Positions 16,301-22,951 of a stretch of DNA of 32,478 bases are shown piece after piece. Each line of letters opens with the position of its first letter. The first letter of the stretch is position 1. The translations under genes and the position numbers were made by a program. Source of the DNA: a virus; IMG/VR virus record IMGVR_UViG_3300014293_000002, positions 1 through 32,478 of that record; one strand, written 5' to 3'. Under the pieces are notes generated by a model, which worked only from the letters and a program-made list of their open reading frames with translations, searched no databases and was not told the DNA's origin.

Positions 16301-16317
16301 TATAACTTAAAGTTATA
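16301..16317. promoter_or_regulatory. Third operator: perfect 8+1+8 palindrome TATAACTT-A-AAGTTATA between cro and the antirepressor gene
   Basis: Positions 16302-16316 are the exact reverse complement of the operator at 16046-16060. Confidence 0.6.
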
Positions 16318-16336
16318 TAACAAGAAAGGAGAAAAC

Positions 16337-17092
16337 GTGAACGAATTACAGATTTTTAAAAACAGCGACTTTGGAGAAGTCAGAACGATGGTTATTGATG
16401 GCGAACCGTGGTTTGTTGGAAAAGATGTAGCAGAGATTTTGGGGTATGTGGACACAAACAAAGCTCTAGCAATGCACATTGACGAAGAAGATAAACTCAA
16501 CGACAAAACAGCGTCGAGTTTGGGGCAAAGAGGAGGATGGTTTATCAACGAATCAGGTCTTTACAGTTTAATCCTGTCTAGCAAGCTGCCGAAAGCGAAA
16601 GAGTTTAAGCGCTGGGTGACAACAGAGGTGCTACCAGCAATCAGGAGACACGGGGCGTACATGACAGAGCAGACCCTAGAGGCGGCACTATCAAGCCCAG
16701 AATTCCTTATAAAGCTTGCAACAGAGCTAAAGGACGCAAAGGATACCAATAAAAAGTTAGAAGCTGTAAACGCAAATTTAACGGTTGAGAAGCAGATTAT
16801 GCAGCCGAAGGCGGACTACTTCGACGAACTTGTAGACAGAAACCTACTTACTAATTTCAGAGAGACAGCAAAGCAACTTCACATCAAGCAAAACGATTTT
16901 GTGTCGTTTCTGATTGAAAAGAAGTACGTCTACAGAGACAAGAAGGGTAAGCTTATGCCTTACGCAGATAAAAATAAAGGGTTATTTGAGGTAAAAGAGA
17001 CCTTTAACGAAAAAACTCAATGGAGCGGAACTCAAACCCTAATAACTCCTAAAGGAAGAGAGACATTCAGATTACTCTGTTTCAAAGAGTAA
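16337..17092 (+). CDS. Antirepressor (BRO-N domain plus KilAC/ANT C-terminal domain)
   Basis: GTG 16337 follows RBS aaggag. The N-terminus is LQIFKNSDFGEVRTMVIDGEPWFVGKDVAEILGY (BRO-N). The C-terminus ...ADYFDELVDRNLLTNFRETAKQLHIKQNDFVSFLIEKKYVY... is KilAC-like. Confidence 0.85.
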   Translation: MNELQIFKNSDFGEVRTMVIDGEPWFVGKDVAEILGYVDTNKALAMHIDEEDKLNDKTASSLGQRGGWFINESGLYSLILSSKLPKAKEFKRWVTTEVLPAIRRHGAYMTEQTLEAALSSPEFLIKLATELKDAKDTNKKLEAVNANLTVEKQIMQPKADYFDELVDRNLLTNFRETAKQLHIKQNDFVSFLIEKKYVYRDKKGKLMPYADKNKGLFEVKETFNEKTQWSGTQTLITPKGRETFRLLCFKE

Positions 17093-17120
17093 ATGGAACG
17101 CAACAGAAAGGAGGAACGGA

Positions 17121-17315
17121 ATGAAACAAGGCGCAATGTCAGTAAAGTTAGTAAGAGTAATTAAGGAAGTTAGTGCAGTTGGAGCGGGAACAAAGGAAGA
17201 CCCCGTACGAGAAAGGACTCAATACTGGGGTCTTGATGGGACACTGTTATTTGCTATTGACTCTGCGAATTCAGAAAACTCTGAGCATTCTCAAAGATTA
17301 ATTCATCGTCGATAG
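17121..17315 (+). CDS. Hypothetical early protein
   Basis: 64 aa. RBS aaaggagg. Confidence 0.6.
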   Translation: MKQGAMSVKLVRVIKEVSAVGAGTKEDPVRERTQYWGLDGTLLFAIDSANSENSEHSQRLIHRR

Positions 17316-17386
17316 AAGCTACAACAGTTTTCAAGTTATTACCTCCTATACAGGGGATTATACAGCAAAACAGAAAGGAGGCACAC

Positions 17387-17593
17387 ATGCAAGGACAGGA
17401 TTTTACAAAACTAATAGAGCTATCAAAAGAAGTAGCAAAAGAGCTTAAAAATTACCACCCTCATATGTCCGTGGTGATTACCGCTGACTATATAAGGGTG
17501 GACGAGAGCGTTATCGGCGTACCTATAGACGCTCGTAGCGATAAGAATTCTCCGGGAACCATTCGCATACTTGCTCACCTCCTTTCGAGGTGA
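17387..17593 (+). CDS. Hypothetical early protein
   Basis: 68 aa. RBS aaaggagg. Confidence 0.6.
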   Translation: MQGQDFTKLIELSKEVAKELKNYHPHMSVVITADYIRVDESVIGVPIDARSDKNSPGTIRILAHLLSR

Positions 17594-17625
17594 GTATATC
17601 ACAACACTATATCAAGGAGGTACAC

Positions 17626-17829
17626 ATGGATACTCAAACACTTACAAGGGATATCAAGTCCGAAGTCGGCAATTGGCCGAACGTCTCCCAGATAGCTCGG
17701 TATCTCGGCAAGTCGAGGGAATACGTTAACGAGCTTATGAGAGACTGCGACCACCTCACTAGGGGCGGAGCAAAACAGTATCTAGCCGCAGATGTGGCAA
17801 AGAGAATTATGCAGAAGAGAGTCTGCTAA
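17626..17829 (+). CDS. Small putative HTH DNA-binding protein
   Basis: Start at ATG 17626 after RBS aaggagg. NVSQIARYLGKSREYVNELM looks like an HTH. Confidence 0.5.
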   Translation: MDTQTLTRDIKSEVGNWPNVSQIARYLGKSREYVNELMRDCDHLTRGGAKQYLAADVAKRIMQKRVC

Positions 17830-17841
17830 TGAGGTACGAAA

Positions 17842-17985
17842 ATGTTTAAGTCGGTTAAAGAAGTACTGAGAGAGGCATGCAAGGAGAACGGTAACACGCC
17901 TATACAGGAGATAACCGCTGCGGTAGGAGTTACGGCACTGATACCAATGTTATGGATAGCCATATACATGCTTGGGGCGAGGTAA
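17842..17985 (+). CDS. Possible 47-aa protein with a C-terminal TM segment
   Basis: MFKSVKEVLREACKENGNTPIQEITAAVGVTALIPMLWIAIYMLGAR. RBS gagg lies 7 nt upstream. Below the ORF-track length cut-off. Confidence 0.4.
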   Translation: MFKSVKEVLREACKENGNTPIQEITAAVGVTALIPMLWIAIYMLGAR

Positions 17986-17994
17986 GGATGAGTT

Positions 17995-18159
17995 ATGGAC
18001 AGAGTAAATCGGTTAAAAGAGTTGTTGACAGAGTTGTCGGAACTAGATCAGCTCTGGGCACAAGGTCACAGAGCCGACGCTTTCAAGGATTATCGAAAGT
18101 TCTTACTAGAGGAGATATCGAAACTCAAGGAGGAAGTAACAAATGAACAAGAAGACTAG
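17995..18159 (+). CDS. Possible 54-aa helical protein
   Basis: MDRVNRLKELLTELSELDQLWAQGHRADAFKDYRKFLLEEISKLKEEVTNEQED. Preferred over the Arg/Ser-rich overlapping track ORF 17952..18146. Confidence 0.4.
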   Translation: MDRVNRLKELLTELSELDQLWAQGHRADAFKDYRKFLLEEISKLKEEVTNEQED

Positions 18160-18466
18160 TTTAAATAAAAAAATACTAGAGTTTGCAGACGAACACTGTC
18201 TATATATCCTGGGCCAATACGGTAGAAACCGTAGAGTCAGAGAGGCGAAATATTACACAGTATCTACAGATACTGACATATCTCTAGGCAGAGTTAAGCC
18301 TGACTGCTCCTATGAGCAATTCCTCGAAGAAATAGCCATCAATGCTATCTCCGAGGCAGAACGTCTATCTGATCTTTGTATTGTACAGGAAGAAGAGTAC
18401 GGAGAGCTGTATGACAATTACGCAACCCTCAAAGAGGAGGTAATAGATGAAAGAGAAGACAATTAG
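18143..18466 (+). CDS. Hypothetical early protein
   Basis: 107 aa. RBS aaggagg. Confidence 0.65.
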   Translation: MNKKTSLNKKILEFADEHCLYILGQYGRNRRVREAKYYTVSTDTDISLGRVKPDCSYEQFLEEIAINAISEAERLSDLCIVQEEEYGELYDNYATLKEEVIDEREDN

Positions 18467-18599
18467 TCAGCTCTTGGAAGAAGTTGCAAGCGAAATCTGC
18501 GACCACTACTGCAAATACATGCATGGGAGCTACCTAGAAGAGGAGCTTGACGAAGTTTTAGATAAACACTGCTCGAACTGTCCTTTGAACAAATTGTAG
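18447..18599 (+). CDS. Possible 50-aa Cys-rich (CxxxC...CxxC) protein
   Basis: MKEKTISQLLEEVASEICDHYCKYMHGSYLEEELDEVLDKHCSNCPLNKL. RBS gaggagg. Tandem stops TAG TAA. Confidence 0.45.
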   Translation: MKEKTISQLLEEVASEICDHYCKYMHGSYLEEELDEVLDKHCSNCPLNKL

Positions 18600-18618
18600 T
18601 AAGTGGAGGAGGCAACTA

Positions 18619-18741
18619 ATGATATTTAGAACATTTGTAATTGGAATGGTGCTAGTCGGCACCACGATAATCCTTACAGAGTTGCACCGATACATGGTGT
18701 ACAGCGAGGAGCTAGAGAGGGAGGCAGAAGAGTGGAACTAA
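18619..18741 (+). CDS. Possible 40-aa membrane mini-protein
   Basis: MIFRTFVIGMVLVGTTIILTELHRYMVYSEELEREAEEWN. RBS ggaggagg. Confidence 0.4.
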   Translation: MIFRTFVIGMVLVGTTIILTELHRYMVYSEELEREAEEWN

Positions 18742-18749
18742 GGACAGAT

Positions 18750-18974
18750 ATGACATTCGCAGAAACGCTGGACGCTATAGCGAGAACTATACCATGCATA
18801 AAAGCGTCTCAAGACTGCTTTAAGCAAGGCAAAAACGATTATTACAAAGCGATTGAAACAGAACTTGACAGAGCTTTATATCTACAGGAAAGGGAAGTTG
18901 TCGACATTGCATTTAAATATGCGTTCGCAGAAGGATGGCTTGCACATAAGAAGGGAGGCGAAAATGCTAGATAA
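18750..18974 (+). CDS. Hypothetical early protein
   Basis: 74 aa from ATG 18750. The track uses GTG 18732. Confidence 0.55.
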   Translation: MTFAETLDAIARTIPCIKASQDCFKQGKNDYYKAIETELDRALYLQEREVVDIAFKYAFAEGWLAHKKGGENAR

Positions 18975-19167
18975 AGGGCGCATATACGGCTACGCAAAGG
19001 CTTACCTAGAGTCGGTTACGGATCTATTGAAGGATAAAGCTGAAGAGGCTGAAAGCGACTTCTATATAGGTGATAAAAACCTACTGAGGTCAGCTCTAAA
19101 CCAATACGAGGACGATTTAAGTGAACTAGAGGCACTTATGGAAGGTAGCACAGATGATAAGAAGTGA
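18964..19167 (+). CDS. Hypothetical early protein
   Basis: 67 aa from ATG 18964 after RBS agggagg. The longer track ORF 18853.. overlaps the previous gene. Confidence 0.55.
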   Translation: MLDKGRIYGYAKAYLESVTDLLKDKAEEAESDFYIGDKNLLRSALNQYEDDLSELEALMEGSTDDKK

Positions 19168-19312
19168 GAAGTTATACAGGTATGCTGCGGAGTTCATCGA
19201 AGGCGAACTAAAAACAATCGATAGAGCATTAATGCGGACCGATAGCGAAGAGCGACGAGATGAACTTCAGAAGAGACAGCACGAACCCATATGCGACTTA
19301 AATGACATGTAA
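19154..19312 (+). CDS. Possible 52-aa protein
   Basis: MIRSEKLYRYAAEFIEGELKTIDRALMRTDSEERRDELQKRQHEPICDLNDM. It overlaps the previous stop. Confidence 0.4.
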   Translation: MIRSEKLYRYAAEFIEGELKTIDRALMRTDSEERRDELQKRQHEPICDLNDM

Positions 19313-19382
19313 AAACAAGGCTATATAGGAAAGAGCCTAGAGCAAGCAAAGAGAACAAAAAAAGAAGAAAGGAGGAGAAGGT

Positions 19383-19595
19383 ATGCTGAATTTAGAACCT
19401 AAACACGAAAAGAAGAGCAGACTAGAACGATTCTTTGGCGATTTGCTAGGAGCAGAAAAGACAATACCTAGAACAGAATGCGACTGGATTGACCCAAGAA
19501 TACCAACAGACGAAGAGCTAGACAAGGTCGTTGACGAGTACCTAGCAATTAAGCTCGTATCTGTTCCAGACAGTGACCTAGCTTTTATGGACTAA
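19383..19595 (+). CDS. Hypothetical early protein
   Basis: 70 aa. RBS aaggaggag. Confidence 0.6.
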   Translation: MLNLEPKHEKKSRLERFFGDLLGAEKTIPRTECDWIDPRIPTDEELDKVVDEYLAIKLVSVPDSDLAFMD

Positions 19596-19664
19596 AAAAG
19601 GGCGCAGACCGAAGTCACGCGCTCCCTAAAAAACTCAAACACATTATACAGGAGGACAACGAAA

Positions 19665-20204
19665 ATGGCAAAACTACAAGGCGATTTCAGAAAATTTATG
19701 AATAAAAACTACCTCGGTTCGTGGGATATCCCAGACGGAGACGACTTAATCGCAACGATTGATCACGTTGAACAGGAACAAGTCGAGAACGCTAAGGGAA
19801 AGGAATTAAAGCTGACTATCCACTTTACTGATAGAGGCTTAAAACCAATGATTCTTAACTCTACTAACTCACAGCGAATCAGTAAGGTAGCTGGAACAAC
19901 AAGAGTTGAAAAGTGGAGCGGAATCAGAATCGCAATCTACACCGAGAAGGTTAACGCGTTTGGAACAACTACCGACGCACTTCGAATCAGAGACTATGCA
20001 CCTAAGAGCAAGGAATTATTCTGCAACGAGTGCGGTGCAGAGATTGTCGGCTCGGGCAAGTACACAGCTAAAGCGATTGCGGAAAGAGCCAAGGTGAAGT
20101 ATGGCGAATACCTCTGCATGGATTGTGCAATGGCTAGAGCGGAGAAGAGTACTGAGCCAGAGCAGACCGAACCTACACAAGAAGAACAGACCGAGGAGGT
20201 ATAG
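19665..20204 (+). CDS. Hypothetical protein with a C-terminal zinc ribbon and acidic tail (candidate ssDNA-binding/annealing factor)
   Basis: 179 aa. CNEC...CMDC is followed by EPEQTEPTQEEQTEEV. It is the first gene of the recombination block. RBS aggagg. Confidence 0.65.
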   Translation: MAKLQGDFRKFMNKNYLGSWDIPDGDDLIATIDHVEQEQVENAKGKELKLTIHFTDRGLKPMILNSTNSQRISKVAGTTRVEKWSGIRIAIYTEKVNAFGTTTDALRIRDYAPKSKELFCNECGAEIVGSGKYTAKAIAERAKVKYGEYLCMDCAMARAEKSTEPEQTEPTQEEQTEEV

Positions 20205-20207
20205 GGC

Positions 20208-20519
20208 ATGGCACTAGCAACACAAGAATTTATGGAAGGGTACGAGCAGGGCATGTCCGAAGCGATGGCAATTGCTAAAGCTCACCCAAAGGCATTCGGC
20301 TCGATGTTCGCAGCCTCTACATGGAGGCACGTATCAGAGCGGAATCCTAGCATTACAGGGTATTACTTAGTTCAGACGGAACGAGAAGGAACACGTAACA
20401 TCAGAATCGCAATGTACAGCGCAGAGGCGAAGAGATGGCTAGCACAAGATGTAAAGCATTGGGCATATCTACACTTATATAACGGAGACAACGAGGAGGG
20501 CGGCAATGAAACTGAATAA
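20208..20519 (+). CDS. Hypothetical protein (DUF551-like?)
   Basis: 103 aa. The pattern W..V....P....YLV.......I..Y.....W....V.HWAYL is reminiscent of DUF551. Confidence 0.55.
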   Translation: MALATQEFMEGYEQGMSEAMAIAKAHPKAFGSMFAASTWRHVSERNPSITGYYLVQTEREGTRNIRIAMYSAEAKRWLAQDVKHWAYLHLYNGDNEEGGNETE

Positions 20520-21297
20520 CTCGAATTACTTCAGCAAAGAGGCACAGTCGGAATACTTCTCAGTATCACAGTTCAAGAGCTTTGAGAAGTGCGAAACTAA
20601 CGCACTAGCTGAGCTACAAGGAGAGACGGAGCGAGCGCAGACTACTGCGCTACTCGTCGGCTCGTATGTAGACGCATATTTTGAGGGAACACTTGAAACC
20701 TTTAAAGAAGCACATCCAGAACTACTAAAAAGAGACGGAACACTTAAGTCAGACTATGTAAGAGCTGAGGCGATTATCAATCGAATCGAAAGCGATCCGC
20801 TCATGATGAATTATCTACAGGGTGACAAGCAAGTCATTATGTCAGCAAACCTATTCGGCTACGATTGGAAAATCAAGATGGACGCATATGTTCCAGGTGA
20901 GAGGATTGTCGACCTGAAAATCGTTAAAGACTTCGAGCCTATATATGACCCTCGTCTCGGAATGAAAGTGCCTTGGATACAGTACTGGGGCTACGACCTA
21001 CAAGGTGCAATCTATCAAAGAATAGAGCAGATTGCGACAGGGCGAACCGAACCGCTACCGTTTTACATCGTGGCGGCAACGAAAGAACCTACAACAGATA
21101 TCGTAGTAATTCACATACCGCAACACATGTTAGATGTAGCACTAAAGGCTCACGGAGTAGAAGCGAAGATAGACCGATACGCACTAATTAAGTTCGGTGA
21201 TATTGAGCCAGACAGATGCGAGAGTTGTGATTACTGCAAAGCGACAAAAGTGTTAACAGCACCTATAGAGTACGAAATATATGAGGAGGATAACTAA
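20506..21297 (+). CDS. PD-(D/E)XK (RecE/Cas4-like) exonuclease with a Cys cluster
   Basis: 263 aa. Motifs are GSYVDAYFEG, ...DAYVPGERIVDLKIVK (D..D-x-K) and QGAIYQ (QxxxY). One N-terminal Cys (FEKCE) plus the C-terminal CESCDYC. Confidence 0.8.
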   Translation: MKLNNSNYFSKEAQSEYFSVSQFKSFEKCETNALAELQGETERAQTTALLVGSYVDAYFEGTLETFKEAHPELLKRDGTLKSDYVRAEAIINRIESDPLMMNYLQGDKQVIMSANLFGYDWKIKMDAYVPGERIVDLKIVKDFEPIYDPRLGMKVPWIQYWGYDLQGAIYQRIEQIATGRTEPLPFYIVAATKEPTTDIVVIHIPQHMLDVALKAHGVEAKIDRYALIKFGDIEPDRCESCDYCKATKVLTAPIEYEIYEEDN

Positions 21298-21704
21298 TGA
21301 ATGTAATTGCGATAAAAGGAAGACTGACGAGAGACCCAGAGCTCTCGTCGTTCAAAAACAGTAACGGAGATAACAGAGCAGTTTGCCGATTCTCTGTAGC
21401 AGTAAATCGAGATTACGGAGACGATGCGGACTTTTTTAACTGCTCAATCTTCGGCAAAAGAGCCGAGGTAATCGACAAATATTTCGCTAAAGGCTCTGAA
21501 ATCGTATGCCAAGGAAGAATGGAACAGAACAAGTACAAAGACAAAGACGATAACAATCGCACAACTTGGAACTTGATTGTAAGGGACTTCGACTTCTGCG
21601 GAAAGAAATCCGATAGTGACAGCAACGAACCGAAGGCGGACGGATTTGAGCAGATAGAGGAAGACGTTCCGTGCGGAATGTTGGGAGATTGGCCGAGAAG
21701 GTGA
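21297..21704 (+). CDS. ssb: Single-stranded DNA-binding protein with a non-canonical C-terminal tip
   Basis: OB-fold N-terminus is MNVIAIKGRLTRDPELS...FFNCSIFGKRAEVIDKYFAKGSEIVCQGRMEQNKY...WNLIVRDFDF. The acidic tail ...FEQIEEDVP is followed by CGMLGDWPRR instead of ending with Phe. Confidence 0.85.
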   Translation: MNVIAIKGRLTRDPELSSFKNSNGDNRAVCRFSVAVNRDYGDDADFFNCSIFGKRAEVIDKYFAKGSEIVCQGRMEQNKYKDKDDNNRTTWNLIVRDFDFCGKKSDSDSNEPKADGFEQIEEDVPCGMLGDWPRR

Positions 21705-21963
21705 GCGATTTATTTTATGCCAATATACAGGGTTAAAAAACATTAATGGAAAAGAAATATATGAGGGTGACATCGTAAGAGCGGTAGGCTTTTCAAAATG
21801 GATAGGCGTTGCAAAATATTCCGATAAAAATCAAGCTTTTGTATTTGAAGACACAGATAAGAACTATAGAGGAAACATAGTATTTATGAGTCAATTTGGG
21901 CAAGGTTTCAAAATACTGGGCAACATTTACGAAAACCCAGGGCTACTAGAGGAGGTGCGCTAG
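21658..21963 (+). pseudogene. YopX-family ORF lacking any canonical start codon (remnant, or expressed by recoding)
   Basis: Frame 1 is open from after TAG 21655-21657. It reads RKTFRAECWEIGREGERFILCQYTGLKNINGKEIYEGDIV...ILGNIYENPGLLEEVR*, with YopX hallmarks. The first in-frame ATG is at 21886. Confidence 0.6.
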
Positions 21964-22437
21964 ATGTATCTACTAATTGACAGCCGCGAAAAACCAAAGG
22001 CAATCAGCAGTATATTGAATCACTTCTCAAAGAACAACGTCAAGTACGATGTTACAAAGCTCTACTTTGGCGATTATATGGACTACGCAAGACCGAGTAG
22101 AGTTGTTGACAGAAAGCAGAATATAGCGGAACTAGCCATGAACTGCACACGCGATCATAAAAGGTTCAAGAGAGAGTTAGAGCGAGTTAAGGCGACGGGT
22201 AGCGAATTAATCCTACTCGTCGAACAGAATAGCTATAAGGACGGATAGAAGACAATCAGAGTCGAGACGATAGAAGACTTAATGCTCTGGACAGCACCTA
22301 GAGGAGTCGTCAGAGGAGAGCAAGTGTATAGAGTTCTCGTGTCATGGTGCCACAAGTATCCGTTACGAGTGGAATTCTGTCACAAGAAAAGTACAGGGCA
22401 GAGGATTTTAGAACTATTGGAGGAACAAGATGAGTAA
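21964..22437 (+). pseudogene. ERCC4-type nuclease gene interrupted by an in-frame TAG (22246-22248)
   Basis: MYLLIDSREK...YFGDYMDY...VVDRKQNIAEL...RFKRELERV... shows the ERCC4 pattern D-x-R-E / GDY / (E/D)RK. After the TAG the same frame stays open for 62 more codons. It ends with ATGAGTAA coupling to the next gene. Confidence 0.65.
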
Positions 22438-22951
22438 GGCAAGATTAGCGGAACTTGTAAAAAACCGAATAGACTTGCAGTCCGTTATGGAGCATTACGG
22501 TACGCACTTTAATCATACAGGCAGTGCACTCTGTCCGTTTCATTCTGATAAGCATCCATCGCTCACAATAAAAAACGAGCGATACAAGTGTTGGGCATGT
22601 GGTGCGAGTGGTGATATGTTCGATTTTGTTCAAAACTTATACGGTGACAGCTTTGTGGAGGCTATAGAGCGAATCAACAGAGATTTAGGACTAGGAATCG
22701 ACACAAAACTAAACGCACCAAAGAACAACAAAGCTATAGCCACCGCACAACGTCAGAAATCAGCCCGAGAGGAACTAAAACGAGCTCGTAGAGCAAAAGT
22801 ATTAGAGCTAACCGAAAAGCACCGTATCGCTTTTAAAAACGGTGATTATGAAGAGGCTAGCAGACTCGAGAAAATCCTAGACGATATTGTCGCATATGAG
22901 GACGAACTAATTCGGAGCAGAAGACAGCACAAGGAGGCACGCAATGAATAA
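22430..22951 (+). CDS. Stand-alone DnaG-type CHC2 zinc-finger protein
   Basis: CPFHSDKHPSLTIKNERYKCWACGASGDMFDFV is the zf-CHC2 signature. Only 173 aa, with no Toprim region. Confidence 0.8.
   Translation: MSKARLAELVKNRIDLQSVMEHYGTHFNHTGSALCPFHSDKHPSLTIKNERYKCWACGASGDMFDFVQNLYGDSFVEAIERINRDLGLGIDTKLNAPKNNKAIATAQRQKSAREELKRARRAKVLELTEKHRIAFKNGDYEEASRLEKILDDIVAYEDELIRSRRQHKEARNE

Noticed and set aside
17952-18146. Track ORF 17952..18146 (64 aa)
   Set aside because: The translation is Arg/Ser/Gly-rich and overlaps the preceding ORF. The alternative frame 17995..18159 gives a helical, protein-like sequence with an SD sequence at proper spacing. Both calls remain low confidence.
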